Shown: positions 11,201 to 19,108 of the stretch, piece after piece
Numbering within the stretch: position 1 is the stretch's first letter
Layout: each line of letters begins with the position of its first letter
Assembly (NCBI GenBank): GCA_913056475.1
Contig: CAJXMS010000001.1
Location: 1 to 43,663 of the forward strand
Length of the DNA stretch: 43,663 bases
Direction of reading: 5' to 3'
Source of the DNA: an uncultured Bacteroidota bacterium
GTDB taxonomy: Bacteria > Bacteroidota > Bacteroidia > Flavobacteriales > Schleiferiaceae
Position numbers and translations under genes: made by a program
The notes under the pieces: model-generated
What the model was told of the DNA's origin: nothing
The model's input: only the letters and a program-made list of their open reading frames with translations
Databases searched by the model: none

Positions 11201-12707
11201 AACCGAAGAAGATACCACCGACGAGGAGCCCAGTATCTTTGAGAAAATCCTGGCCCAAACAGCCCGCGTAGGAATGCTGCTCAAAAGTGCATCCGGGACC
11301 TACTCCCGCAGCCAAGGACAGATCTTGCCCGGCTTCCGCCATAATCCCCAGCTAGTAGGCCTCTCCGCGCCTACCAATAATTATGCCCCCGGCTTTGGCT
11401 TTACGGCGGGAAGCCAGCGCGACATCCGGGAACTGGCCGTTCGCAATGATTGGCTCGTCCTCAATGAAGACCTGAATAATCAATACAACCGCACCTTTAC
11501 CGAAAACATGAACTTCCGCGTTACCGCAGAGCCGTTAAAGGATTTCCGCATCATCCTTACCGCGCAGCAAAACAGCTCCAGCAACCTCAGCGAATTTTTC
11601 CGCTTTAATGACTCTATTCTTCAGCCGGACGGGACCTACGATCGCGGTTTTGAGAGCCAGAACACCTTTCAGCAGCGTTCTTTTTCCACTAGTTTTTTCA
11701 CCCTCAATACCGCCTTTAGCAGTGTAGAAAACCCCGATTTTGAGAGCCCGCTCTACGAGCAGTTCTTAGAAAACCGCCTTACGGTATCCCGCCGTTTGGC
11801 CAATCGCCTGGAACGCACCGGCCAGTCTGGCGACCTTGCCGTGACGGGCTATGAGGCCGAGCTTACCGGTAGTCCGGACTCCTCCAATTATGGCTATCGC
11901 TACTATAGCGTAGCCTCCCAGCCCGTTTTGATCACCTCCTTCCTGGCCGCCTACTCCGGCAATAGCGTGGAAAATTATGACTTGGGGGTGGAAAGCCGGA
12001 CCCCACTGCCCAACTGGCAAATAAATTACGATGGCCTCAATAAGCTGGACTTTATCAAAAAGTGGACCCAGAGCATCGTCCTTAAGCACACCTACCGCAG
12101 CACCTACTCCGCTAATAATATCACTACCAATCTATTGCGGCAAAAGGAACTGCAGGACTTTCCCCTCCAGGTGCCCCTGGACAATAATGGCGATCTGCTC
12201 CAGCCCAATCAAATCTCGGTCATCACCATTTCCGAGCAGTTTTCGCCCCTTATTGGTTTTGACGCCAAGCTGAAAAACAAAACCACCTTCCGCCTGGAAT
12301 ATAAACGGGATCGCAATATTGCGCTGAACCTTACCAACAATCAGATAACCGAAACCTACGGCCAGGAGTGGGTCATTGGAGCCGGCTATATAATTCCCGA
12401 CGTAAAGCTTAAATTTGTCAAATTAGGCAAGCGCAAAACCTCTCCGCAATCCAATTTGGAACTCAGAGCCGACGTGAGTCTGCGCAATAATGTTACCATC
12501 ATCCGCAAAATCCTGGAAGACGTGGTCCAGCCTACGGGGGGTCAACGCACCACCTCCGTAAAGCTCTCTGCTGATTACCAAATAAGCAGCCGGGTGCAAG
12601 CCAAGCTCTTTTACAATCTCAATGCGACCGAATTTCAAACCTCCCAGGCTTATCCCCTTACCACCAACCAGTTTGGCATCAGTGTCCGCCTTAACCTCGG
12701 TCGCTAA
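5289..12707 (+). CDS. sprA: T9SS outer membrane translocon SprA (Sov)
   Basis: 2472 aa; IFGSSTIDIRPQG, FDFDQRIQMNVTG, YDTEATFNFENQVKLEY, NRARLAWYTIDP and VWINELRL motifs; start overlaps the ruvA stop (TAATG). Confidence 0.95.
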   Translation: MFGRLSGSLFLLGVPLLMVLQAARPVRAHLAYGQMSFPQQAKSDTNDPDTTLPYPFQQGQTGGVYGSGPGNVSEVVRFNPETGLYEVVTKIGSLEPKPPMVMTPEEYQDYVARKQANDYWKSKAQQNTGDQGDKDQDSDGLIPQITVDKEFFRRIFGSSTIDIRPQGYAELRFGGRLQKIDNPIIPERNRSTFTFDFDQRIQMNVTGNVGDKMKINFNYDTEATFNFENQVKLEYTGKEDEIIKKLELGNVNLPVNSSLITGAQSLFGVKGQFQFGKLTLTSVVSEQQSQTQSVNVQGGATTTEFEIWGDEYEANKHFFLSHYFRDNYEDFLENAPLITSPVQITKIEVWVTNTNQNTQDTRNLIAFMDLGENRGRAYRQDSLPGPDIFDNTATNGNLPDNLVNDLAPRTLENNYPGVRQVGQANAALNAAGFEEATDYIDLANARKLRPSEYDYNPQLGYVSLNSPLNQDEVLAVAFQYTANGRTFQVGEFSTDGVSPPQNLVVKMLKSTILDVSLPMWDLMMKNIYSLSAFQVSANDFRMQVMYRNDETGTPVPFLPETNLRDELLLRVMELDKVNNNNDPTPDGFFDFIPGVTIRPQNGRIIFPVLEPFGGNLRDKLNTKEMREQYVFSELYDSTRFVAQNQTNLNKYLIKGQFKSNSSSEIKLNAFNIPRGSVSVTAGGTQLTEGQDYTVDYNLGRVKILNEGILNSGIPIKVNYENNALFNFQTKTFAGLNADYRVNDNLNLGASVVHLNEKPLTQKVNLGDEPIANTMIGVNGNYDKEAPFLTRFVDAIPFIDTKAKSNINIQGEVARMLPGSPRGIEIGDEPTTYLDDFESSQTTIDIRNPMPWRLASVPGGQPNLFPEADLNSIASGFNRARLAWYTIDPLFHNNPSRTPDNITDNPRLQSTNDVRLVLIEEVFPNLDLDQSSPLNLATLDLAYYPSERGPYNLDVAPTGVSAGINTEGELESPGTRWAGIMRGINSTNFEQQNIEFVQFWMLNPFVGNDDPPDGGDFYINLGSISEDILKDAQQAIENGIPTDGTQQGLDSTRWGFATNVRPPVVAFGNDPNARDLQDVGYDLIDDEQEENWAGDPQYSNYLQRIANSLGQASQAYQQALEDPFADNFQYYRGDDLDQAGADILDRYRYYNNPEGNSDPTAVGGVTAFATNLPDIEDLNQDQTLSKTESYYQYKVSLRPEDLDEVGKNYITNITRTTSPEQPDGNQYQAEWIQFKVPVFNPDKTVGNIGDFRSIRFIRLFLKNFSQPVVLRFARMEFVRSEWRRYRFSLDGTRERLSQDDQENTLFEVNAVNIEQNGSRNPIPYVVPPGIDRQVLFGTTSANQQNEQALSLRILGLEDGDARAVFRNLDFDMRLYKRMKLFTHLESAAETDNLQDGDLTVFIRLGADYNLNYYEYEIPMEVTPWGSSDPNDVWPQANRFDFPLDILKEVKLERNRVYNQTGAPISDPFTRPRLNGNVTVVGQPNLGNVRTVLIGVRNPKKRLAGDGDDGLTKSAEVWINELRLTEFDQKGGWAANARVAATLADFANVSVSGRASTVGFGSLDQNVSEFQQEEVRAYNLQSSFQLGKFFSQESGLRIPMFFGRSEEWITPRFNPLDPDIEFDRALNNIENPNDQDSLQEAAQNYTRRRSLNFTNVRKTRSGKGQNNPMPWDVENISLTYSFNEVFRRNINTVFDRSVQHSGNINYTYRTKPLSVEPFKNIKWLQAQELAFIRDFNFYFYPKSFSAILKANRSYTSMQMRNTDALLSDIPSNLIGELEPTYNKNFTLNRDYNMLFDLSKSLRFDYNARMQSRVDELAGPPNSDSNRTEVMDNLRNLGRPINYHQTMNLTWEVPLSKFPLLDFATASATYTADYDWRAPSQTTRQRQGNTGGGNPGNPGGNNNQFNVNFGNTIQNNRQIRINSNFNFRSLYNKVPYLKEVLSQDQNKGGGGQRRRNNFLDRPGANLSAQNRKPQTEEDTTDEEPSIFEKILAQTARVGMLLKSASGTYSRSQGQILPGFRHNPQLVGLSAPTNNYAPGFGFTAGSQRDIRELAVRNDWLVLNEDLNNQYNRTFTENMNFRVTAEPLKDFRIILTAQQNSSSNLSEFFRFNDSILQPDGTYDRGFESQNTFQQRSFSTSFFTLNTAFSSVENPDFESPLYEQFLENRLTVSRRLANRLERTGQSGDLAVTGYEAELTGSPDSSNYGYRYYSVASQPVLITSFLAAYSGNSVENYDLGVESRTPLPNWQINYDGLNKLDFIKKWTQSIVLKHTYRSTYSANNITTNLLRQKELQDFPLQVPLDNNGDLLQPNQISVITISEQFSPLIGFDAKLKNKTTFRLEYKRDRNIALNLTNNQITETYGQEWVIGAGYIIPDVKLKFVKLGKRKTSPQSNLELRADVSLRNNVTIIRKILEDVVQPTGGQRTTSVKLSADYQISSRVQAKLFYNLNATEFQTSQAYPLTTNQFGISVRLNLGR

Positions 12708-12753
12708 GCTTAAAATAAAGGCGCAAAAACCCCGGCCATTTTCCCCATTGCTG

Positions 12754-12761
12754 TACATTTG
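12754..12761 (+). promoter_or_regulatory. Bacteroidota -7 box (TAcaTTTG) for gcvH
   Basis: Consensus match 22 nt upstream of the ATG at 12783. Confidence 0.6.
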
Positions 12762-12782
12762 TCCGCAAAGAGATCCCTGCTA

Positions 12783-13160
12783 ATGAATTTTCCAGAACAA
12801 CTCAAGTACACCAAAGACCACGAGTGGGTCAAAATTGAAGGAGATACCGCTACCGTGGGCATTACAGACTTTGCCCAAAGTGAGTTGGGCGACATTGTCT
12901 TTATCGAAGTAGAAACCGAAGGCGAGTCCCTGGATCAAGAAGAGGTATTTGGTTCCATCGAAGCCGTCAAAACCGTTTCGGACCTCTTCATGCCGGTATC
13001 CGGCGAGGTGACCGAATTCAATGAAGAGCTGGAAGAAACACCTGAGCTCGTCAATGAGGACCCGTACGAAAAAGGCTGGATCGTAAAGATCAAACTGAGC
13101 GACCCCGCCGAAGCCGAAGCCCTTATGAGCGCTGCCGATTACCAGGCCACCGTAGAGTAG
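12783..13160 (+). CDS. gcvH: Glycine cleavage system H protein
   Basis: [25 protein letters not shown] and lipoyl-lysine motif [10 protein letters not shown]. Confidence 0.97.
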   Translation: MNFPEQLKYTKDHEWVKIEGDTATVGITDFAQSELGDIVFIEVETEGESLDQEEVFGSIEAVKTVSDLFMPVSGEVTEFNEELEETPELVNEDPYEKGWIVKIKLSDPAEAEALMSAADYQATVE

Positions 13161-13558
13161 TGTCTTCCCGCGCAAAACCCCCGTCTTGGCAGTACTTTAT
13201 GCCGGCTTTGGTCTGGGGCTTAATCCTGTCGTATTTCACGCTGCTCCCTTCCGATCAGCTGCCCGACAATATGCGCGCCCTCAATGACCTCTACATCCAT
13301 GCCGCCATTTATTTCTTTAGTGCATTCCTGTTGGTGCTTGGTTTTCAGCGCTTCCAGATCAATCGGCGCCTGAGCCTGCGGCAGCAGGCCCTGATTTTAT
13401 TCCTCTGTGTGGCCTACGGAGGCCTCATCGAGATCTTGCAAGGTACCCTGGTACCGGGAAGAGCCGCACAATGGTCCGATTTCTGGGCCAATGCCCTGGG
13501 CGCACTGCTCATCTTGATACTGCTGCGCGGGGTGCACCAAGTGTTTAAAAAGGCCTGA
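13160..13558 (+). CDS. VanZ family membrane protein
   Basis: Four hydrophobic segments; D.YIHAAIY, YGGLIEILQ, GR...DFWANALG motifs. Confidence 0.85.
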   Translation: MSSRAKPPSWQYFMPALVWGLILSYFTLLPSDQLPDNMRALNDLYIHAAIYFFSAFLLVLGFQRFQINRRLSLRQQALILFLCVAYGGLIEILQGTLVPGRAAQWSDFWANALGALLILILLRGVHQVFKKA

Positions 13559-13700
13559 CGGCCAAAGGAGTAAGCCGGCCCAAAAGCAAAGGGAATGGCT
13601 TAAAAGAGGCCCCCTGCCACACGAAACAGCCAAAAGACCCGTTCTCTTTTTGGATAACTGATGGGAATATCAATATCTTTAACCCCTCAAACCAATATGC

Positions 13701-14399
13701 ATGAAGCCTAAGAAGTCAGCCAAAGCGGACCTGGAAAATTACCGCTCCCTCTTTTTACAGTCGGGATTGGTCGTGGCCCTGCTCTTGTGCATCTTCCTGA
13801 TCCAATACAAAACCTACGAGAAGCAAGCCAAGGATCTGGGAGAAGTAGAAGTAGACGTGGAAGACGAAGTAGTCCCCATTACACAACGACAAACCAAGCC
13901 GCCCCCACCTCCGCCACCGCCGCCACCCGAAGTGATCGAGGTGGTAGAAGATGACGTAGAGCTCGATGATGAGCTCGAAATAGAATCTACCGAAACCGAT
14001 ATGATGGAAGAGGTAGAGCCCATCGAAATGGAACAGGAACAATCTTCCGAGGTGCTAAATTTCGCGGTTGTTGAATCTGTTCCCGTTTTCCCGGGCTGTG
14101 AAGATGCGAGCGATAAAAAGCAGTGCTTCAATCAGCAAATCATGAAGTACGTGGGCCGCAACTTTGAGTTTCCGGAAATGGCCAAGCAAATGGGCATTCA
14201 AGGGCGCGTATACGTGAGCTTCATCGTCGAGAAAGATGGCGACTTTTCCAATATCGAAGTAGTCCGCGGAGTAGATCCGATGATTGATAAGGAAGCCATT
14301 CGCGTGGTAAAATCTATGCCCAAAGTGACGCCCGCCAAGCAACGGGGACGCCCGGTGCGCATGAGTTTTACCCTGCCCATTAACGCTAAGCTTCAATAA
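13701..14399 (+). CDS. tonB: Energy transducer TonB
   Basis: N-terminal TM anchor, poly-Pro/acidic linker, C-terminal FPEMAKQMGIQGRVYVSFIV...PAKQRGRPV domain. Confidence 0.92.
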   Translation: MKPKKSAKADLENYRSLFLQSGLVVALLLCIFLIQYKTYEKQAKDLGEVEVDVEDEVVPITQRQTKPPPPPPPPPPEVIEVVEDDVELDDELEIESTETDMMEEVEPIEMEQEQSSEVLNFAVVESVPVFPGCEDASDKKQCFNQQIMKYVGRNFEFPEMAKQMGIQGRVYVSFIVEKDGDFSNIEVVRGVDPMIDKEAIRVVKSMPKVTPAKQRGRPVRMSFTLPINAKLQ

Positions 14400-14424
14400 A
14401 AAAATAGCCCATAATTGCTTAACC

Positions 14425-14453
14425 AAAGGCCCTGCGCAGTCAGGGCCTTTTTT
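14425..14453 (+). terminator. Rho-independent terminator after tonB
   Basis: Stem aaaggccctg / cagggccttt, loop cgcagt, T tract. Confidence 0.85.
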
Positions 14454-14473
14454 AATGAGTGTAGGTCTAGAAA

Positions 14474-14583
14474 GTCTAGTCTCACCGGCGGCGTGGAGTT
14501 CGCCCTCAAAATGCGCATCTCGCCAGTGGCGAGACTGCCCCCTTCGGCGTCCTACTGGTGCCTCTTTCCTGAACTTACTAGAC
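14474..14583. repeat. Nested palindromic (REP-like) intergenic element
   Basis: Outer inverted repeat gtctagt (14474) / actagac (14577); inner palindrome tctcgcc-agt-ggcgaga; agtctcaccggcggcg pairs 12/16 with cgccagtggcgagact. Confidence 0.4.
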
Positions 14584-14636
14584 GAGACACGCGAGCGTAC
14601 GGATAAATATTAATTAGTCTCATCAACTATATTCCC

Positions 14637-15455
14637 ATGGAACAGACCGAAACCAAAGTTCTTTTATTAGACGCCGTTGCCGCGGCGCGCCAAGCCAGTG
14701 TGGAAATTCTGGAAATATACGAAGGTGCCTTCTCCGTAGAGTACAAAGAAGACGATTCGCCCCTCACCATTGCGGACAAGCGGGCCCATAATGCTATAAG
14801 TAAGGCCCTAAAGCCTACGGGAATTCCAATCCTCAGTGAGGAAGGGAGGGATATACCCTACGCCGACCGTGAGCAATGGCGGGACCTCTGGATTGTAGAT
14901 CCGCTCGATGGAACCAAGGAGTTTGTTAAGCAAAATGGGGAGTTTACCGTAAACATTGCCCTGGTAGAACGAGGGGTTCCGGTATTGGGGGTGATTTTTG
15001 TCCCCGTGGAGGAAACCCTCTATTTCGCGGGGCAAGGCCTGGGGGCTTTCCGGCTGGATCAAGCTGCCCATGGCGAAGATTTTGAGCGCTGGGACGAACT
15101 TACCGCCAAGGCCACCCCGCTGCCCGAAAAGCAGGAGCGGCCCTTTACCATGGTAGGCAGTCGTAGCCATATGAACGAAGAAACGGCTGCTTTTTTTGAT
15201 AACATGCGCCGGGAGCATCCCGATCTCGAAATCGTATCCCGCGGCAGTAGCCTCAAAATTTGCATGGTGGCCGAGGGAAGCGCCGATGTTTATCCGCGCT
15301 TTGCCCCCACCATGGAGTGGGATACCGCCGCCGGCCACGCTATTGCCAAAGAGAGTGGCCTGGAAATTTATCAAGCCGAGCATGGCGAAACCCCGCTTCA
15401 GTACAATAAAGCGGACTTACTCAATCCCTGGTTTATCGTCAAGCAAAAAGCTTAG
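14637..15455 (+). CDS. cysQ: 3'(2'),5'-bisphosphate nucleotidase CysQ
   Basis: SPLTIAD, ILSEE, WIVDPLDGTKEF, EFTVNIAL, GSSLKIC and MEWDTAAGHAI motifs. Confidence 0.95.
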   Translation: MEQTETKVLLLDAVAAARQASVEILEIYEGAFSVEYKEDDSPLTIADKRAHNAISKALKPTGIPILSEEGRDIPYADREQWRDLWIVDPLDGTKEFVKQNGEFTVNIALVERGVPVLGVIFVPVEETLYFAGQGLGAFRLDQAAHGEDFERWDELTAKATPLPEKQERPFTMVGSRSHMNEETAAFFDNMRREHPDLEIVSRGSSLKICMVAEGSADVYPRFAPTMEWDTAAGHAIAKESGLEIYQAEHGETPLQYNKADLLNPWFIVKQKA

Positions 15456-15506
15456 AAAGATTCTAAGTTAGAATCATTCTATCTTGGGAAACGCTTCCCC
15501 ATGCTG

Positions 15507-15514
15507 TACTTTTG
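15507..15514 (+). promoter_or_regulatory. Bacteroidota promoter for the heme O synthase/cox operon
   Basis: TActTTTG with a TTG (-33) 20 nt upstream. Confidence 0.6.
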
Positions 15515-15536
15515 CCCTTTCAAAATCCTCCCCTAA

Positions 15537-16436
15537 TTGGCGCAGTCCCGCACGCATGCTCTGGCCCTTTTAAACCCCGCTAAATGGGCAGCCGTAGCTG
15601 AGCTTACCAAAGCCCGGCTCAACCTTAGTGTGGTCTATTCTGCGCTGGCCGGGTATTTTTTAGGGGCCGGAACCCTGGAATGGTTGCCCTTGCTCTTCCT
15701 GTCTTTGGGGGGCTACCTGGTAGTGGGTGGTGCCAATGGTTTTAATCAGGTCATTGAACGCGATCGGGACAAAAAAATGCAGCGCACGCAAAACCGGCCC
15801 ATTCCCACGGGAAGGCTTTCGGTAATGGAGGCCATGATAGCTTCTACGCTCATGGCTCTTGTGGGGCTTTTCTTGCTTTACCTGATCAATCCATTGGCTT
15901 TCACATTTGGCGCCGGCGCCTTGTTTATCTACGCCGTGGTTTATACGCCCTTAAAGGCAGGCGGCCCCTTGGCGGTGTTCGTGGGGGCTATTCCCGGTGC
16001 AATCCCCGCTTTACTGGGCTGGGTGGCCGCGACCAATGACTTCGACGTTGAGCCGGGTACCTTATTTGCCATTCAGTTTCTCTGGCAGTTTACTCACTTT
16101 TGGGCGATAGCCTGGGTGGCCTATGATGACTACGGCCGGGCGGGCTATAATTTACTTCCCTCCGGTAAACGCGATGCGAAAAGCGCCCGGCAAATCATCC
16201 TTTACACCATCGCGCTGGTTACGGTTTCCATCCTTCCGGCCTGGGGCTTGACCGGTGGCCTCACCCTCTCGCTTTGGGGAGGGGTGGTGGCCTTACTCCT
16301 CGGCTTGGCTCTACTGGTTCTGGCGGTACAATTGGCCCGGGGACGTCAAAAGCAAGATGCCCGCCGGCTTATGATCGGCAGTGTGGTGTACCTGCCCCTC
16401 TTACAGTTACTTTACGTAATCGATAAATTCATTTAG
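15537..16436 (+). CDS. cyoE: Heme O synthase (protoheme IX farnesyltransferase)
   Basis: ELTKARL, NQVIERDRDKKMQRTQNRPIPTGR, YTPLK, GAIPGAIP and WQFTHFWAIAW motifs; TTG start. Confidence 0.95.
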   Translation: MAQSRTHALALLNPAKWAAVAELTKARLNLSVVYSALAGYFLGAGTLEWLPLLFLSLGGYLVVGGANGFNQVIERDRDKKMQRTQNRPIPTGRLSVMEAMIASTLMALVGLFLLYLINPLAFTFGAGALFIYAVVYTPLKAGGPLAVFVGAIPGAIPALLGWVAATNDFDVEPGTLFAIQFLWQFTHFWAIAWVAYDDYGRAGYNLLPSGKRDAKSARQIILYTIALVTVSILPAWGLTGGLTLSLWGGVVALLLGLALLVLAVQLARGRQKQDARRLMIGSVVYLPLLQLLYVIDKFI

Positions 16437-16438
16437 GC

Positions 16439-17020
16439 GTGGCTGAACTCCTACCCGAACAAAAAAAGAAGGTCCAAAAGCCCCTCCTCTGGGTAGGTTT
16501 AGCCAGCATTGCTATGACTTTTGCCGGGCTCACCAGTGGCTATGTGGTAAGCCGCTCTTCCCTCCTGGCCGATAATGAATGGCTGCAGTTTGCCCTGCCT
16601 ACGGAGTTTACCGCCGCCACCGTGGTTATACTGCTCAGCAGCGTTACTATGATCTGGGCCGTAAATCGATTCCGGCGTGGCTATCGGCAAACGGGGCTGC
16701 TGGCCCTCGTGCTCACCTTTCTCCTGGGATTTTCCTTTGCCTTTCTTCAATACTATGGCTGGCAAGACCTGCTCGACCGAGGCTTGTTCTTTACCGGGCC
16801 CAAAAGCAATACGGCCATTAGCTGGGTGTATGTCATCACCTTTCTCCACTGGCTTCACCTTATCTCCGGGCTTTTTGTGCTTTTATTTACCCTGCATAAG
16901 GCCCGTCTGGGGAAGTATACGGCCCAAGATTCTCAAGGCGTAGCGGTAAGTGGCATCTACTGGCATTTTTTGGATGGCCTCTGGATTTACCTCTTCCTTT
17001 TTTTATCTTTTATTCGCTAA
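16439..17020 (+). CDS. Cytochrome c oxidase subunit III-like protein (first paralog)
   Basis: MTFAGLTSGY, ILLSSVTM, ITFLHWLHL and YWHFLDGLWIYLF COX3 motifs; about 5 TM segments. Confidence 0.9.
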   Translation: MAELLPEQKKKVQKPLLWVGLASIAMTFAGLTSGYVVSRSSLLADNEWLQFALPTEFTAATVVILLSSVTMIWAVNRFRRGYRQTGLLALVLTFLLGFSFAFLQYYGWQDLLDRGLFFTGPKSNTAISWVYVITFLHWLHLISGLFVLLFTLHKARLGKYTAQDSQGVAVSGIYWHFLDGLWIYLFLFLSFIR

Positions 17021-17041
17021 ACTTGCAAAAAAATTACGCAC

Positions 17042-17968
17042 ATGGCCAACGGAGCTGCAATTGAGCAATCAAACACCCCACTTTGGGGTGGGGGGCGCCA
17101 GCCTTTTGGGGCTAGTTATGGAAAACTGATGATGTGGTTTTTCCTGATCTCTGATGCCCTTACCTTTTCCGGTTTTCTTACGGCGGTAGGGCTCTTCCGC
17201 TTTCGCTACGAAGAAACCTGGCCGGTGGCCGAAAATGTATACACGCACTTCCCTTTTCTCTCCGGCGATCATCCCCTCCTCTTCGTCGCCCTGATGACCT
17301 TTATCCTCATTCTGAGTTCGGTTACCATGGTACTGGCCGTAAATGCGGGCCACCATATGAACAAAAAAGGGGTTGTTCTTTGGCTAGGACTCACCATCAT
17401 AGGTGGTTTTACTTTCCTCGGCTCCCAGGCCTACGAGTGGTATCACTTCATTAAAGGCGCCAAAGGAGCCGTTCAGATAAAGGATTCCAGTGTATTGTAT
17501 TTCACTTCCGCCGGCGGAACGGGGGAGATCATGAGCCTCTACGAACTGGTAAACGGGCAGAAAAGACCCCATGATGCTCCCCATGCCCATTTCAATACGG
17601 AGCAAATTCGGCAGGCCTTCTCCCAAAATAAAAATGCCACCCTCATGTACCCCGGTAAAGAAGGCCAGCGCCTGGAACGATCGGAAGCCGCCTCCTTAAT
17701 GGCCGATGCCGAAGTGGTGCAAGGAGCCAATATGCGGGTAAATGAATATGGCAATAACCTTTTTGCCAACTTCTTCTTCTTCGTGACCGGTTTTCACGGT
17801 ACCCACGTTCTCTCCGGCGTTATCCTTAATATTATCATTTTCATAAACGTGATCAAAGGGACCTACGAGCGCCGGGGGCATTATGAAATGGTAGAAAAAG
17901 TGGGCCTTTACTGGCACTTTGTGGACCTGGTATGGGTCTTTGTTTTCACCTTCTTTTACCTGGTATAA
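17042..17968 (+). CDS. Cytochrome c oxidase subunit III-like protein (second paralog, with soluble insertion)
   Basis: GKLMMWFFLISDALTF, TFILILSSVTMV, TGFHGTHV and GLYWHFVDLVWVFVF motifs. Confidence 0.92.
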   Translation: MANGAAIEQSNTPLWGGGRQPFGASYGKLMMWFFLISDALTFSGFLTAVGLFRFRYEETWPVAENVYTHFPFLSGDHPLLFVALMTFILILSSVTMVLAVNAGHHMNKKGVVLWLGLTIIGGFTFLGSQAYEWYHFIKGAKGAVQIKDSSVLYFTSAGGTGEIMSLYELVNGQKRPHDAPHAHFNTEQIRQAFSQNKNATLMYPGKEGQRLERSEAASLMADAEVVQGANMRVNEYGNNLFANFFFFVTGFHGTHVLSGVILNIIIFINVIKGTYERRGHYEMVEKVGLYWHFVDLVWVFVFTFFYLV

Positions 17969-18009
17969 CCGTGCGCCCCTGCGCTTAATCATACTCAAAT
18001 CGCATTAGC

Positions 18010-18363
18010 ATGTCTGAAAATCATAACCTTCCCAGCGAGCACCACGAAAGCCCTGAAGGCACGGGCTGGATCTGGAAAGTATTCTGGATCCTGCTCATCG
18101 TTACTACCGTTGAGGTAGTCTTGGGTATCATCAAGCCGCCTTTTCTGATGTTTGAGTTACTGGGTACTTCCCTGCTCAACATCATCTTTATAGTCCTTAC
18201 CATCTTAAAAGCTTACTACATCGTAGCCGAGTTCATGCACCTTAAATTTGAAAGGAGTAACCTGGTATGGACCATTGCCTTGCCCGTACTTATCCTTATC
18301 CCTTATTTGGCATTTATTTTGCTCACAGAAGGGGCGTATCTAAATCAGTTCCTTCAGCAATAA
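18010..18363 (+). CDS. Cytochrome c oxidase subunit IV family protein
   Basis: IWKVFWILLIVTTVEV and LTILKAYYIVAEFMHLKFE motifs. Confidence 0.88.
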   Translation: MSENHNLPSEHHESPEGTGWIWKVFWILLIVTTVEVVLGIIKPPFLMFELLGTSLLNIIFIVLTILKAYYIVAEFMHLKFERSNLVWTIALPVLILIPYLAFILLTEGAYLNQFLQQ

Positions 18364-18364
18364 T

Positions 18365-19108
18365 ATGGCCTTTACTTCTTCTCTTACCAAAAGGGCAGTG
18401 CTGCTGATATTGCTGGTGCTGCCCTTTTTGGTTTATTTCATCTTTGTCTACAACAGCGAGGAAAACTTCTTCCAAACCCTGGACTACGTAGGGCCTCCCC
18501 AGGTAACGGCGGAAGGCGATACCGTACCCTATCAAATTCCCCCTTTTGGCTTCACCAATCAGTATGATACCACCGTTACCTCCCAGGACCTAAGGGGCCA
18601 TCTGTACGTAGCCAATTTCTTCTTCACCTCCTGCCCCACGGTATGTCCGGCCATGAACTACCAGGTACAGCAAATTCAGGAGCGCTTTGAGAATTACGAA
18701 CAGTTCCGGATACTCTCTTTCTCCGTTGATCCTGCCCATGACACCCCCGCTGTCTTGCGCGATTATGCCCAAAAAATGAAAGCCCAGCCAGGCCGCTGGC
18801 ACTTTCTTACCGGCCCCAAAGACAGCATCTATAACACCGCCCCCGACTATTTTCTCAATGCCCTGGAAGATAGTACCGCCCCCGGCGGCTTTATGCACTC
18901 GCAGTACTTGGTGCTGGTAGACTGGCAGGGACGCATCCGCAGCCGACGCGACGACAGGGGCAACCTTAAAGGGGTCTATGACGGTACCAGTCAAACGGAG
19001 GTCAATAAACTAAAAGACGATATCAAGGTTTTAATAGCAGAGTACGAGAAGTGGAAGTCCGTACAGGAATATGAAGCCTCGAAAGCGGCCGAAAAAAGGA
19101 ACGAATGA
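18365..19108 (+). CDS. SCO1/SenC family copper chaperone
   Basis: FFFTSCPTVCP CxxxC motif, SFSVDPAHDTP, conserved His in FMHSQ. Confidence 0.93.
   Translation: MAFTSSLTKRAVLLILLVLPFLVYFIFVYNSEENFFQTLDYVGPPQVTAEGDTVPYQIPPFGFTNQYDTTVTSQDLRGHLYVANFFFTSCPTVCPAMNYQVQQIQERFENYEQFRILSFSVDPAHDTPAVLRDYAQKMKAQPGRWHFLTGPKDSIYNTAPDYFLNALEDSTAPGGFMHSQYLVLVDWQGRIRSRRDDRGNLKGVYDGTSQTEVNKLKDDIKVLIAEYEKWKSVQEYEASKAAEKRNE

Noticed and set aside
13160..13558. VanZ as a glycopeptide-resistance gene
   Set aside because: No van cluster is present; VanZ-family genes next to gcvH look like ordinary chromosomal genes.
13898..13930. CCN tandem repeats
   Set aside because: Encode the normal poly-proline linker of TonB.
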